A DNA stretch of 64,000 bases from Sphingorhabdus sp. (GCF_044239045.1 NZ_JBIICD010000008.1:8311-72310), one strand, 5' to 3'; positions 20,878 to 31,244 are shown, counted from the stretch's first letter. Numbers and translations: made by a program. The notes: generated by a model not told the origin, from the sequence alone.

Positions 20878-21318
20878 TTGGCTGATCAGCCGGTAATCTT
20901 TGTTCTAAACGGACCCAATCTCAATTTATTGGGGACAAGAGAGCCCGAAATTTACGGCACCGATACGCTGGATGATATTGCCGGCCATTTGGACGACCGT
21001 GCGCGTGCCGCAGGGGCAGTGATTGATTTTCGGCAGTCCAACCATGAAGGTCATTTGATCGACTGGCTGCATGAGGCGCAAGCCGTCGGCGCAAAGGCGG
21101 TGTTGCTGAACGCTGCTGGCTATACGCACACATCGATTGCGATCTTGGACGCGATCAAGGCGATTAATGTCCCGGTTTTTGAAGTGCATCTATCCGACCC
21201 GCATCAGCGGGAAGCTTTCCGGCATTTGAGTTATGTGAGCATGGCCGCAAAAGCGGTGTTTGCGGGGCATGGCGCAAAGTCGTACGAACTGGCGCTGGAC
21301 GTAGCGTTACAACTTTGA
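20878..21318 (+). CDS. aroQ: Type II 3-dehydroquinate dehydratase
   Basis: [40 protein letters not shown]; TTG start. Confidence 0.95.
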   Translation: MADQPVIFVLNGPNLNLLGTREPEIYGTDTLDDIAGHLDDRARAAGAVIDFRQSNHEGHLIDWLHEAQAVGAKAVLLNAAGYTHTSIAILDAIKAINVPVFEVHLSDPHQREAFRHLSYVSMAAKAVFAGHGAKSYELALDVALQL

Positions 21319-21361
21319 CATTAGGCGCTCCAAAGTAAATTCAGGGGCCAAGGAGTTTTAC

Positions 21362-21832
21362 ATGGCGGCAAAGACAGGAACTAGTGGCAGCATGCAGGTC
21401 GACACGGACCTCGTCCGCGAACTGGCGGCAATGCTGAACGACACAGGTCTCAGCGAAATTGAGGTTGAGGACGGCGAACGCAAAATCCGTGTATCCCGCA
21501 ATATGACCGCAATTGCCGCACCGATGATGGCCGCGCCCGTGGCTGCCGCCGCTGCGCCAGCACCAGCAGCCGCCGCGCCCAGCGCCCCTGCGATATCTGC
21601 CAATGCCATGAAATCACCGATGGTGGGCACTGCTTATCTGACGCCGGAACCCGACGCCGCTCCCTTTATCAGCGTGGGTCAGCAAGTGAAGGCGGGCGAT
21701 ACTGTCATGATTATCGAAGCGATGAAGGTCATGAACCCGATTGTCGCCGCCACGTCGGGCACAGTCACCGAAATCTTGGTCGAAAGCGGCCAGCCGGTTG
21801 AATTTGACCAGCCCTTGTTGGTGATTGCGTAA
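21362..21832 (+). CDS. accB: Acetyl-CoA carboxylase biotin carboxyl carrier protein
   Basis: SPMVGT and EAMKVMN biotin motif; Ala/Pro linker. Confidence 0.96.
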   Translation: MAAKTGTSGSMQVDTDLVRELAAMLNDTGLSEIEVEDGERKIRVSRNMTAIAAPMMAAPVAAAAAPAPAAAAPSAPAISANAMKSPMVGTAYLTPEPDAAPFISVGQQVKAGDTVMIIEAMKVMNPIVAATSGTVTEILVESGQPVEFDQPLLVIA

Positions 21833-21834
21833 AC

Positions 21835-23184
21835 ATGGCCATTGAAAAAATCCTTATCGCCAACCGTGGCGAAATTGCGCTGCGCATTCACCGTGCCGCG
21901 CATGAAATGGGGATCAAGACGGTTGCCGTCCATTCGACCGCTGATGCCGATGCCATGCATGTGCGGTTAGCAGATGAGGCAATTTGCATCGGGCCGCCCT
22001 CTGCGACCGACAGCTATTTGAACATTCCGGCAATTATTTCCGCCGCAGAAATCAGCCATGCCGATGCAATCCACCCTGGCTATGGTTTCTTGTCGGAAAA
22101 CGCGCAATTTGCCGAAATCGTCGAAAGCCACAATATTACATGGATTGGCCCAAAGCCCGAGCATATCCGTACGATGGGCGACAAGGTCGAGGCCAAGCGG
22201 ACCGCAGGCGCATTGGGCCTGCCGCTCGTCCCCGGCTCCGACGGCGCGATTGAGGATGTCAATGAAGCCAAAGCGATAGCGCGCGAAATTGGCTATCCTG
22301 TGATCATCAAGGCCGCCTCCGGTGGCGGTGGACGCGGCATGAAGGTCGTCAACAGCGAAGAAGAGCTGGAGACGCAAATGCAGCAAGCAGGGTCCGAAGC
22401 GAAAGCCGCCTTTGGCGACGCGACGGTCTATCTGGAAAAATATCTCGGCAACCCGCGCCATATCGAATTTCAAATTTTCGGCGATGGCAATGGCAACGCC
22501 GTCCACCTTGGCGAGCGCGACTGTTCATTGCAGCGGCGGCACCAAAAGGTATTGGAAGAAGCACCATCCCCTATATTGGCGACGGCCGAGCGGGATCGCA
22601 TGGGCAATATCTGCGCCAAGGCGATGGCCGATATGGGCTATCGCGGGGCGGGCACCATTGAGTTCCTTTGGGAAAATGGTGAATTCTATTTCATCGAAAT
22701 GAACACACGGTTACAGGTCGAACATCCGGTCACCGAAATGATTACGGGCATCGACCTTGTCCGCGAACAGATCCGAGTGGCAGAGGGCAAGCCGCTTTCG
22801 TTCAAGCAAGAGGATGTGACCTTCACCGGCCATGCTGTGGAATGCCGGATCAATGCCGAAGATCCGCGCACCTTCATGCCCTCACCTGGCACCGTAAGCT
22901 GGTATCACCCGCCCGGCGGCTTGTATGTCCGCGTCGATAGCGGGCTCTATCATGGCTATAAAGTCCCGCCATATTATGACAGCATGATCGCCAAGTTGAT
23001 CGTCTATGGTCAGACACGCGAAGGCTGCCTGATGCGCTTACGCCGTGCGCTCGGCGAATTTGTGATTGAGGGCATGAAGACCACTATTCCGTTGCATCAA
23101 CGGCTGTTGGAAGAGCCCGATTTCCAGAACGGCAATTACACCATTAAATGGCTTGAAGAATGGCTGGCGAAGGACGCGGAATAA
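21835..23184 (+). CDS. accC: Acetyl-CoA carboxylase biotin carboxylase
   Basis: [46 protein letters not shown]. Confidence 0.98.
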   Translation: MAIEKILIANRGEIALRIHRAAHEMGIKTVAVHSTADADAMHVRLADEAICIGPPSATDSYLNIPAIISAAEISHADAIHPGYGFLSENAQFAEIVESHNITWIGPKPEHIRTMGDKVEAKRTAGALGLPLVPGSDGAIEDVNEAKAIAREIGYPVIIKAASGGGGRGMKVVNSEEELETQMQQAGSEAKAAFGDATVYLEKYLGNPRHIEFQIFGDGNGNAVHLGERDCSLQRRHQKVLEEAPSPILATAERDRMGNICAKAMADMGYRGAGTIEFLWENGEFYFIEMNTRLQVEHPVTEMITGIDLVREQIRVAEGKPLSFKQEDVTFTGHAVECRINAEDPRTFMPSPGTVSWYHPPGGLYVRVDSGLYHGYKVPPYYDSMIAKLIVYGQTREGCLMRLRRALGEFVIEGMKTTIPLHQRLLEEPDFQNGNYTIKWLEEWLAKDAE

Positions 23185-23873
23185 CCCTCTCCCGCCGTGC
23201 GGCTGCCCTTGGGCTGGCGGCCCTGCCGCTGGTTAGTTGCGCGCCTATGGGGCCCGACCGTGATGTGTTGTTTATTCCCGCGGACAAGGCCGCCGCGCTT
23301 AAGCCCGATGACCCCAAAAGATTATTGGAACTGATAAAGCTCGACCCCGCGATCCAGCTCGATATGCGTTATGCGACCACCAATAATTTTACCGGCCAAA
23401 TATTGTATGACGAAGCCCGCGCCTTTTTGGCGGCCCCGGCGGCTTTGGCGGTTGCGCGCGCCAGCAAGGCGGCTTTAGCCGATGGCTTTGGCCTGACAAT
23501 TTACGATGCCTATCGCCCTTGGCGCATTACTAAAAAGCTATGGGACGCAACGCCAGTTGGCCCGAAAAAAGAATATGTCGCCAACCCCAAGCGCGGGTCA
23601 AAACATAATCGTGGCTGCGCCGTCGATCTAACCTTGCATGATTTGCAAACCGGGCAGCTTGTCGAAATGCCGACCGAGTTTGATGATTTTTCGGAAAAAG
23701 CGCACCGCGATTATATGGGTGCGTCTGCGGCGGCCATTGCCAACCGTGCGCGGCTAGCACGTTATTTGGAAGCAGAAGGTTTCGTCGGCCTGTCCAACGA
23801 ATGGTGGCATTTTGATTTTACCGGGTGGGAGCAGTTCCCGGTTATGGATAATCCATTTAACAAGATCGCTTAA
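23160..23873 (+). CDS. ddpX: D-Ala-D-Ala dipeptidase (M15/VanX family), predicted lipoprotein
   Basis: [31 protein letters not shown]; RR motif and lipobox LVSC; start uncertain (23160 ATG or 23181 ATA). Confidence 0.85.
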   Translation: MAGEGRGITLSRRAAALGLAALPLVSCAPMGPDRDVLFIPADKAAALKPDDPKRLLELIKLDPAIQLDMRYATTNNFTGQILYDEARAFLAAPAALAVARASKAALADGFGLTIYDAYRPWRITKKLWDATPVGPKKEYVANPKRGSKHNRGCAVDLTLHDLQTGQLVEMPTEFDDFSEKAHRDYMGASAAAIANRARLARYLEAEGFVGLSNEWWHFDFTGWEQFPVMDNPFNKIA

Positions 23874-23997
23874 CATATTCGTTCATCAAAACACTTCCTT
23901 TCATGAACGTGAATGCACAGTTCAGTTTCGCTTCAGCTGAATCGGTGCAGACGGTTTTCAACGCAGACGCATGGTGCCTCTGCCATGGAGACCACCC

Positions 23998-24702
23998 ATG
24001 AAAAAATATATGTTAATGTCTTTGGCGACCGCGACGGCGCTTTCGTCCATTGCGGCGCATGCTGCATCGGCCGCACCCGTGCGCGCCGACATGATGGTCG
24101 AAGACTTTGCGGATGTTTCGCGTGAAGAACGGCGTGCCGAACGGCAAGAGGCCCGCGCCAACCCGACACCCCCAGCAGACGTCATAAATCGCGCCGCGCC
24201 GCAACGTGATAACAAGCGCGCAGAACGTCCGCGGGATATTGCGCGCACCGAACGCCCCGAAGCGCGCCAAGACAGCCGTTATTATGACCGCAACCGTGAT
24301 GGTGACCTCGACCGTCGCTGGGACCGTAATCGCGATGGCAGTTTGGACCGGAATTGGGACCGGAACCGCGATGGCCGGCTCGACCGCCGCTTCGACCGCA
24401 ATGATGATGAACGCATTGACCGTCGGTATGACCGGAACCGCGATGGCCGGTTGGACCAGAACAAAATCGGCCGCTGGACCCACAACTGGCGCAATGACAA
24501 TCGCTATAACTGGCGTAAATATCGTGAGCAGAACCGGAACTATTTCCGTCCCGGCCGGTATCACGCCCCCTATCGCGATCAGCAATATCGCCTGCCCGCC
24601 GCTTATGGAAGCTACCGTTGGGTGCGTTATTATGACGATGTCCTTTTGGTCGATGTGCGCAACGGACATGTGGTTGACGTCATTCGCGACTTTTTCTGGT
24701 AA
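23998..24702 (+). CDS. RcnB-family secreted protein with Arg/Asp-rich repeats
   Basis: Signal peptide MKKYMLMSL...AHA; C-terminal YRLPAAYGSYRWVRYYDDVLLVD...FFW; GGAGA SD before ATG 23998. Confidence 0.8.
   Translation: MKKYMLMSLATATALSSIAAHAASAAPVRADMMVEDFADVSREERRAERQEARANPTPPADVINRAAPQRDNKRAERPRDIARTERPEARQDSRYYDRNRDGDLDRRWDRNRDGSLDRNWDRNRDGRLDRRFDRNDDERIDRRYDRNRDGRLDQNKIGRWTHNWRNDNRYNWRKYREQNRNYFRPGRYHAPYRDQQYRLPAAYGSYRWVRYYDDVLLVDVRNGHVVDVIRDFFW
24283..24462 (+). repeat. Five tandem 36-nt (12-aa) repeats, [YWF]DRNRDG.LDR.
   Basis: YDRNRDGDLDRR/WDRNRDGSLDRN/WDRNRDGRLDRR/FDRNDDERIDRR/YDRNRDGRLDQN. Confidence 0.92.
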
Positions 24703-24715
24703 ATGCATAAAAATT

Positions 24716-24748
24716 AAAAGGCCCGGATCCAATTGTCCGGGCTTTTTT
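24716..24748 (+). terminator. Intrinsic terminator after the RcnB-like gene
   Basis: AAAAG-GCCCGGA-TCCAATTG-TCCGGGC-TTTTTT. Confidence 0.8.
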
Positions 24749-24804
24749 GCTTGTAACCTTGGTCCAAGCTGCCCAAACTCTCGCCCATAAACGGGGGAGA
24801 GTTT

Positions 24805-26076
24805 TTGATGTTACGTTGTCTATTATTTGCAAGCGCCGCTGTATCATTGGCCGCGTCCGCGTCCGCCGCGACGCAAGCTATCATCGTTGGCAACCTAATC
24901 CCCGATGCCGCAACTGGTGCCACTGGGCCAGCAGTCATCTTGGTCGAAGACGGGCGGATTAAAGACATCGCCAAGGGCATCAACAATCCGTTTCAGGCGA
25001 ACACTGTGGTCGACCTGTCGACCAAGACCTTGGTCCCCGGCCTCATTGACCTCCATGTCCATTTAACTGGCGACCCTGGCGATGATTATCGCGACGAGGC
25101 GGTGAACCCCGATGAATGGGGCGTGGTCATGGGCGTGAAGAACGCGGCGTTGACGGTCAAGGCTGGTTTCACCACCGTGCGTGAGGCGGGCTCTGCACAA
25201 AATACCGCTTTTGTCCTGCGCCGCGGCACCGCAGAAGGCCGCATCATTGGCCCGCGCATCATCGCGGCGGGGCCAGCTTTGTCCATCGTCGGTGGCCATG
25301 CCGATGTCAGCGGTTTCCGCAATGACGTCATTGCCACGCTGGAATCGGGCTATACCTGCACAGGGCCCATCGAATGCGCCGAAAAAGTGCGTAAATCCTC
25401 GCGCGCGGGCGCGGATGTCATCAAAATCACCGCAACGGGCGGCGTCTTGTCGCAACAGGGCCGCGGATTAGAGGCGCATTTCACCAGCGAGGAAATGCTG
25501 TCCATTACCAACACCGCCCATTCGCTTGGCCTAAAGGTCATGGCGCACGCCCATGGTGCGCGCGGCATTGAAGCAGCATCCGCCGCGGGCATTGATTCCA
25601 TCGAACATGGCACATTTGCCGATGAGGCGGCGTTGAAGATGATGAAGGCCAAGGGCACTGCCTTGGTGCCCACGTTAATGGCGCTGGAGGGCGTGCGCGC
25701 CCGTCTGGGCAAGGGCATCTACACCCCCACGGTTGAAGTGAAGGCAAAGCAAGCCGTTGAGGCCGCTGGCCGTCAAGTCCGCCGTGCCAAGGCCATGGGC
25801 GTCACTGTCGCCTTTGGCACCGACGCGGGTGTGTTTGAGCATGGCCGTAATGGCAGTGAGTTCGCTTTGTTAGTGAACGCCGGAATGACCCCGACCGAGG
25901 CATTGGCCAGCGCCACTACTGTGGCCGCCAAAACGCTTGGGCTGGAAAATGACATTGGCCGGATTGCGGTGGGCTATTCCGCGGATCTGGTCGCCGTGAA
26001 CGAAAATCCTCTGACCAATATTCGCACTCTCGAAAAAGCGGAATGGGTCATGGTAAGAGGACGCATCATTCCGTGA
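24805..26076 (+). CDS. Secreted amidohydrolase (Xaa-Pro dipeptidase-like)
   Basis: PGLIDLHVH, IKITATGG, VMAHAHG, SIEHG, FGTDAG. Confidence 0.88.
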   Translation: MMLRCLLFASAAVSLAASASAATQAIIVGNLIPDAATGATGPAVILVEDGRIKDIAKGINNPFQANTVVDLSTKTLVPGLIDLHVHLTGDPGDDYRDEAVNPDEWGVVMGVKNAALTVKAGFTTVREAGSAQNTAFVLRRGTAEGRIIGPRIIAAGPALSIVGGHADVSGFRNDVIATLESGYTCTGPIECAEKVRKSSRAGADVIKITATGGVLSQQGRGLEAHFTSEEMLSITNTAHSLGLKVMAHAHGARGIEAASAAGIDSIEHGTFADEAALKMMKAKGTALVPTLMALEGVRARLGKGIYTPTVEVKAKQAVEAAGRQVRRAKAMGVTVAFGTDAGVFEHGRNGSEFALLVNAGMTPTEALASATTVAAKTLGLENDIGRIAVGYSADLVAVNENPLTNIRTLEKAEWVMVRGRIIP

Positions 26077-26088
26077 TTCGGTGATCCC

Positions 26089-26799
26089 ATGACCACAGAT
26101 ACGCAAGCCAAAGAGTTTGACCCCAATAATGATCCCGCCAAGCTGGCGCGGATCGGCGCGCATGTCACCAAAAGGTTGAATGCCAATCCGCTAGTGCAGC
26201 AGGTCGAGCACCCCGATGCGCAATTATATGTCTATCAAGGGTTTTTAAGCGCCAAAGACTGCAAGACATTGATTGCGAAAATTGATGCCGATGCCGTCCC
26301 CTCCACTTTGTACAAAGGCACCGAGCAACAGGGCTTCCGCACCAGTTACAGTTGCCACCTCAACCGGTGGGACGCATTCATCTCCAAAGTCGAAGCTCGG
26401 ATGAGCGATGTTTTGGGTATCGACAATGATTATGCCGAAACCATGCAGGGGCAGCGTTACCAAGTCGGCCAAGAGTTTAAGGCGCATCACGATTTTTTTC
26501 ACCCAAGCCAAAGCTATTGGACGCACGAAGGCCCAGGGGGCGGCCAGCGCAGTTGGACCGCCATGATCTTCCTAAATGAACCCAAAGAGGGCGGCGCAAC
26601 CGAATTTCCGCATCTTGGCCTTGGAATCCGTCCGCAAGCGGGAATGATGCTGATGTGGAACAATGCGCAGCCCGACGGGACACTGAACTATAAAACATTG
26701 CATACCGGCACGCCGGTCACAAAAGGGGTGAAGCACATCATCACCAAATGGTACCGGCAAAATAACTGGCTGGAGCTTACGAGCGCCAAGGCGTCTTGA
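26089..26799 (+). CDS. Prolyl 4-hydroxylase-like 2OG-Fe(II) oxygenase
   Basis: RTSYS, ETMQGQRY, AHHDFF (HxD), GGATEFP, LHTG.PV..G.K. Confidence 0.85.
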   Translation: MTTDTQAKEFDPNNDPAKLARIGAHVTKRLNANPLVQQVEHPDAQLYVYQGFLSAKDCKTLIAKIDADAVPSTLYKGTEQQGFRTSYSCHLNRWDAFISKVEARMSDVLGIDNDYAETMQGQRYQVGQEFKAHHDFFHPSQSYWTHEGPGGGQRSWTAMIFLNEPKEGGATEFPHLGLGIRPQAGMMLMWNNAQPDGTLNYKTLHTGTPVTKGVKHIITKWYRQNNWLELTSAKAS

Positions 26800-26951
26800 A
26801 AGGCATCGCAGTGCGCTTGCCACGCGCTTATTGTCGTCTGTCGAAACCATATTGCGCTTGGCCGTCATGACGCCGACAGCCATTGCCAATCACACAGCCC
26901 AATTTATGCCCATCTTAGAAATTTGTTAAAAAAACATTCGGAGAGTTTCCC

Positions 26952-28757
26952 ATGAAAATGAAGCACCATATCCTTCTGCTGAGCTGCGCTGCCTTGTTGT
27001 CGCCTGTCGCTGTGCAGGCGCAGGTCACCGCGACCGAAGCCGCCGCCACCGAAAGCCAGAAGCTGTCAGCATTATTTGCCGCCGATGATGAGGCAAGCCT
27101 ACAGCGCAATCCGTTGAACGCCATGTTCCGGGGCGACATGCGCTATGCCGACCGTTTTGGTGATTTCATCAGCGATGCCTATTTCGCCAATGAACGCAAA
27201 GCCGCCGAAGCCAATTTGGAGGCGCTGAAAAGCATCGACCGTAGCCAGCTGAATGCGACCGACAAGATCGCCTATGACGTGTTCAAGCAGAACCAGACTG
27301 ATGCGCTCAAGGGCTTATCAAAAGAGATTATGGACCTGACGGTTGTCCGTCCGCTCAATCACTTTTTCGGCTTTCACACTTTCTACCCAACCTTCGCCAG
27401 CGGACAGGGTGCAGCGCCATTCAAGACGGTGCAGGATTATGACAATAACTTGAAACGGCATAAGGAATTTATCGTCCTCATGGATCGGTCGATTGACCGC
27501 TTCCGTCAGGGCATGGCCTCGGGCGTGTTCGAAACGAAAATGACGATCACGAACGTTGTCGATCAATTGAATACGCAGCTCGCGCAAAAAACCGAAGAGT
27601 CGCCATATTATGGCCCCGTCCTGAAATTTCCGGAAGGTTTCAGCGATGCCGACAAGGCGCGTCTGACGGCCGAATATCGCGACATCATCGAAAACGGCCT
27701 CTACCCGGCCAATGCCCGTCTGCGCGATTTTCTGCGCGACAGCTATTTGCCCTTGGCGCGGGAGCAAGTTGGCCTTTCGGCGATGAAGGGCGGCGAAGGC
27801 CTGTATCAATATATGATCGAGCAAACGACGACATTGCCGTTGAAAGCCGACGAAGTGCACAATCTTGGATTGTCCGAAGTCGCGCGGATCACATCGGGGA
27901 TGGAGGCGATCCGCAAAGAAGTCGGGTTCAAAGGCACTTTGCCCGAATTTTTTGAACATTTGCGTTCGGATCCGAAGTTCAAACTCGGCAGCCGTGAGGC
28001 GTTGACGCAAGGCTATTATGACATCGGCAAAATCGTCGATGCCAAGATTTCGACGCAGTTCAAATATCTTCCCAAGGCCCCGCTTGAAATTAAGCCTTAT
28101 GAAGAATTCCGCGAAAAATACGAAGCTGGCGGCAGCTATCAATCCGGCACGCCCGATGGTTCACGCCCCGGTACATTTTATTTCAACGCCTATGACCTGC
28201 CAAGCCGAACGACCCCTGGCATGACCACACTTTATTTGCACGAAGGTGCGCCTGGACACCATTTCCAGATCAGCATCGCGCAGGAAAATGAAAAATTGCC
28301 TGCCTTCATGCGCTTTGGCGGCAACACCGCTTATGTGGAGGGCTGGGCGCTGTATTCGGAAACCTTGGGCTATGACATGGGCCTGTTCAAAGACCCGTAT
28401 CAGCGCTTCGGCACATTGTCGGACGAAATGCTGCGCGCCATGCGCCTTGTCGTTGACACGGGCCTGCACAGCAAGGGTTGGACGCGCGAAAAGGCCATCG
28501 ACTATATGCTCGCCAATAGCGACATGGGCAAAACCGACGCAACCGCCGAAGTGGAACGCTATATCGCCATTCCAACACAAGCCTTGGCGTATAAAATCGG
28601 TGCGCTCACCATCATGCGCCTCAAGGATAAGGCCAAGACGCAATTGGGCAAAAAATTCGACGTGCGCGAATTTCATAATCAGGTTTTGAACACTGGCGCA
28701 TTGCCGTTGACCGTTCTGGAAAAGAAAATCGACGATTGGATTGCCGCGTCGAAATAA
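26952..28757 (+). CDS. DUF885 family secreted protein
   Basis: Signal peptide; HEGAPGHHFQ, YVEGWALYSE, RAMRLVVDTGLH, EVERY, QALAYKIG. Confidence 0.9.
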   Translation: MKMKHHILLLSCAALLSPVAVQAQVTATEAAATESQKLSALFAADDEASLQRNPLNAMFRGDMRYADRFGDFISDAYFANERKAAEANLEALKSIDRSQLNATDKIAYDVFKQNQTDALKGLSKEIMDLTVVRPLNHFFGFHTFYPTFASGQGAAPFKTVQDYDNNLKRHKEFIVLMDRSIDRFRQGMASGVFETKMTITNVVDQLNTQLAQKTEESPYYGPVLKFPEGFSDADKARLTAEYRDIIENGLYPANARLRDFLRDSYLPLAREQVGLSAMKGGEGLYQYMIEQTTTLPLKADEVHNLGLSEVARITSGMEAIRKEVGFKGTLPEFFEHLRSDPKFKLGSREALTQGYYDIGKIVDAKISTQFKYLPKAPLEIKPYEEFREKYEAGGSYQSGTPDGSRPGTFYFNAYDLPSRTTPGMTTLYLHEGAPGHHFQISIAQENEKLPAFMRFGGNTAYVEGWALYSETLGYDMGLFKDPYQRFGTLSDEMLRAMRLVVDTGLHSKGWTREKAIDYMLANSDMGKTDATAEVERYIAIPTQALAYKIGALTIMRLKDKAKTQLGKKFDVREFHNQVLNTGALPLTVLEKKIDDWIAASK

Positions 28758-28764
28758 GCGCATA

Positions 28765-28796
28765 AGCTTCCCGGTGAGAATGCTTACCGGGAAGCT
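28765..28796. terminator. 11-bp stem hairpin after the DUF885 gene (terminator or REP-like)
   Basis: AGCTTCCCGGT-N10-ACCGGGAAGCT; no U-tract. Confidence 0.5.
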
Positions 28797-28861
28797 GCGG
28801 TCAGGACCACTTGATTGGTTTGGTAGGTTGATATAGCTCCTCGGTCAGGGGAGAGTTAATT

Positions 28862-29749
28862 ATGCCAAGTTTTGCCGCCAGCCTTGCTGGTTTTATATTG
28901 CGCACCACGGGCTATTATCGCCGGATGTTCAGCGGTGGTCCGCAATTTGAAAAGAATATTGCAAAGATCCGTTCTGCACCCTTGCCATCGCCCAAGGCAC
29001 ATGCCGAGGTCGATATACGGCAAAGCGAATTTCAGGGCCGTCCTGTTTGGCACCTTGCCCCAAAAAATGCCTCGCCAACGGCGCATATCCTATTCTGGCA
29101 TGGCGGCGGTTATGTTTATCCGGCAACCGACATCCACTGGAAATTTCTGTCGCGCATGGCCTCGGTATATGGTTGGTCCATCACCGCGCCGCTCTATCCG
29201 CTCGCGCCGGAAAATACGGCCGATCATATCACCAATTGGGCGATGGATTATTATACCACTTATAAGGCGGAGATGGGTGACACGGCCTTTGTCATGGGCG
29301 GCGATTCTGCCGGTGGCGGTCTGACTGCTGCATTGGCGCAAATGGCGCGCGACAAGGGGCACGCTTTGCCCGCCAGCCTGTTGCTCATCTGCCCATGGCT
29401 CAATCTTGACCCATCACATCCCGACCAACTGAAAACAGAACCCCGCGATGGCATCCTGACCATCAGCGGGATTTCCGCAGGCGGCTTGCTCTATGCGGGC
29501 GACTTGCCAAGCACCGACCCAAGATGCAGCCCGATTTTCGGCAATTGGGACGGCTTACCGCCAATCCTCGCTTTTGCGGGTGGTGACGACATCTTGGTCA
29601 CGGACGCGCGGGCATTGAAGGCGAAGCTGCCTTCGGTGGAGCATATCGAGCTAGCGGGCATGCTGCATGATTGGCCGATTTTCAGTTTCAATGAATCGCG
29701 CAAGGCGCAGGCAAAAATGGCCAATTTTGTCACGCCAGCGGTGGCATGA
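28862..29749 (+). CDS. Alpha/beta hydrolase (HSL-type esterase)
   Basis: HGGGY oxyanion motif, GDSAGG nucleophile, catalytic D and H (MLHDW). Confidence 0.9.
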   Translation: MPSFAASLAGFILRTTGYYRRMFSGGPQFEKNIAKIRSAPLPSPKAHAEVDIRQSEFQGRPVWHLAPKNASPTAHILFWHGGGYVYPATDIHWKFLSRMASVYGWSITAPLYPLAPENTADHITNWAMDYYTTYKAEMGDTAFVMGGDSAGGGLTAALAQMARDKGHALPASLLLICPWLNLDPSHPDQLKTEPRDGILTISGISAGGLLYAGDLPSTDPRCSPIFGNWDGLPPILAFAGGDDILVTDARALKAKLPSVEHIELAGMLHDWPIFSFNESRKAQAKMANFVTPAVA

Positions 29750-29806
29750 CGCATTTGCCCATACGCCAGCCGGGCTTTATGCTGTCTGCATGAACATAGA
29801 CGCATC

Positions 29807-30730
29807 ATGCCAGCGGTAAAGGCCGCCAATCCGCGCGACGTTTTCGCCGCAGAGGACTGGCGCGCCATCACCACCTTGTCGCGGTGGCGCGGCATCTGGT
29901 TGGTGCTGCATGGTTGGATGACTGTCGCCCTTGCGGCCTTTGGCGGCGCGGCGGCATGGGATTATCACTGGCTCGCCGGCATTCTGGTGACACCTTTGGC
30001 GCTGGCGATATTGGGCGGGCGGCAATTGGGGCTTTCGATCCTGATGCATGATGGCGCGCATGGCTTGCTGCACCCCAACCGCAAGGCCAATAACTGGCTG
30101 GGTCAATGGCCAACGGGCGCTGCGACAGGCAGCGATTTGTTCGCCTATCGCGCCTATCATTTGACGCACCATAAATTCACGCAGCAGCCCGAAGACCCAG
30201 ACCTATCTCTTTCTGCGCCCTTCCCTACCAGCCGTGATAGCCTGCGCCGCAAGTTCATCCGCGATCTGACGGGGCAGACATTTTACAAACAACGGCGCGC
30301 ACAATTTACGGCTGCTCTGCGCGGGACAGGCACCACCGCGCACACGGTGGGTCGGTTCTTAATCTTACAAGCCATATTGCTAACGATATCTTTGCTCGTC
30401 TGGGGCTGGACACCGTTTCTGCTTTGGCTGCTGGCACTGGCCACGACATTTCAGTTGTTCCTGCGTATCCGCAATATCGCTGAACATGCCTGCACGCCAA
30501 CGGGCAGCGGTGATCCATTCACCCATGCGCGAACCACTTATGCCGGCCTGATCGCACGAGCGACCGTCGCGCCTTATTGGGTCAATTATCACAGCGAGCA
30601 TCATCTGTTCATGGGTGTGCCCTGCTACAATCTGGCGGCGACCCATCGCTTGCTGGGATCCGGCGGCTATCATCCGAAGATGACTTTATCGCCCCATTAT
30701 CGCGACGTTCTGGCGCAGGCGGTCAACTGA
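29807..30730 (+). CDS. Fatty acid desaturase family membrane protein
   Basis: His boxes HDGAH, HLTHH, HSEHH. Confidence 0.85.
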   Translation: MPAVKAANPRDVFAAEDWRAITTLSRWRGIWLVLHGWMTVALAAFGGAAAWDYHWLAGILVTPLALAILGGRQLGLSILMHDGAHGLLHPNRKANNWLGQWPTGAATGSDLFAYRAYHLTHHKFTQQPEDPDLSLSAPFPTSRDSLRRKFIRDLTGQTFYKQRRAQFTAALRGTGTTAHTVGRFLILQAILLTISLLVWGWTPFLLWLLALATTFQLFLRIRNIAEHACTPTGSGDPFTHARTTYAGLIARATVAPYWVNYHSEHHLFMGVPCYNLAATHRLLGSGGYHPKMTLSPHYRDVLAQAVN

Positions 30731-31244
30731 CGGAGGACGTGCCCGCGTTTTCGCGTTTGATGATGTCCAGAAGCGCGTCGATTTTTGCGTGCAACCGCAT
30801 GATTTCCAGTTCGGCGCGCAAATTGACTTCATAATCATGCGCCGCGGCGATGCGGTCTTTGGCCGACTGGCGATTTTGGCTCATCATGATGATCGGCGCT
30901 TGAATCGCGGCGACGGTTGACAGCATCAGGTTCAGAAAGATGAACGGATAGGGGTCAAATGCCTTCCCCAATTGGCCCATTATCCCGGAGTTCAACAGCA
31001 TCCAGCCCAGCAGCACAGCGCCAAAGACCATGATGAATTTCCATGATCCGCCAACCGCTGCAACCTTGTCCGATAGGCGTTCGCCAAAAGTCGCCTGTTC
31101 ATCGACAATATCGCCGACGTCACGGCTGGTGCGCTGCACATGGTGAATATGCTGCAACACCTTGGCCTCTTCGGCCTCCAATTGACCCAGTGATTTTCCC
31201 AGGAGATCAATCGCCAGTTTTTCGACAGACGGCAGTTCTTTCAT
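30723..31244 (-). CDS. DUF1003 membrane protein
   Basis: GGSWKFI, FDPYPFIFLNLMLS..AAIQAPIIMMSQNRQ..KDR. Confidence 0.9.
   Translation of the reverse strand: MKELPSVEKLAIDLLGKSLGQLEAEEAKVLQHIHHVQRTSRDVGDIVDEQATFGERLSDKVAAVGGSWKFIMVFGAVLLGWMLLNSGIMGQLGKAFDPYPFIFLNLMLSTVAAIQAPIIMMSQNRQSAKDRIAAAHDYEVNLRAELEIMRLHAKIDALLDIIKRENAGTSSVS

Noticed and set aside
23920-23934. GTTC-N7-CTTC as a second SOS box
   Set aside because: Mismatch in the second half-site and no damage-related gene downstream.
24283-24462. 36-bp periodic repeats as a possible CRISPR array
   Set aside because: Units are contiguous with no unique spacers, vary at synonymous positions, and no cas genes are present; it is a coding repeat.
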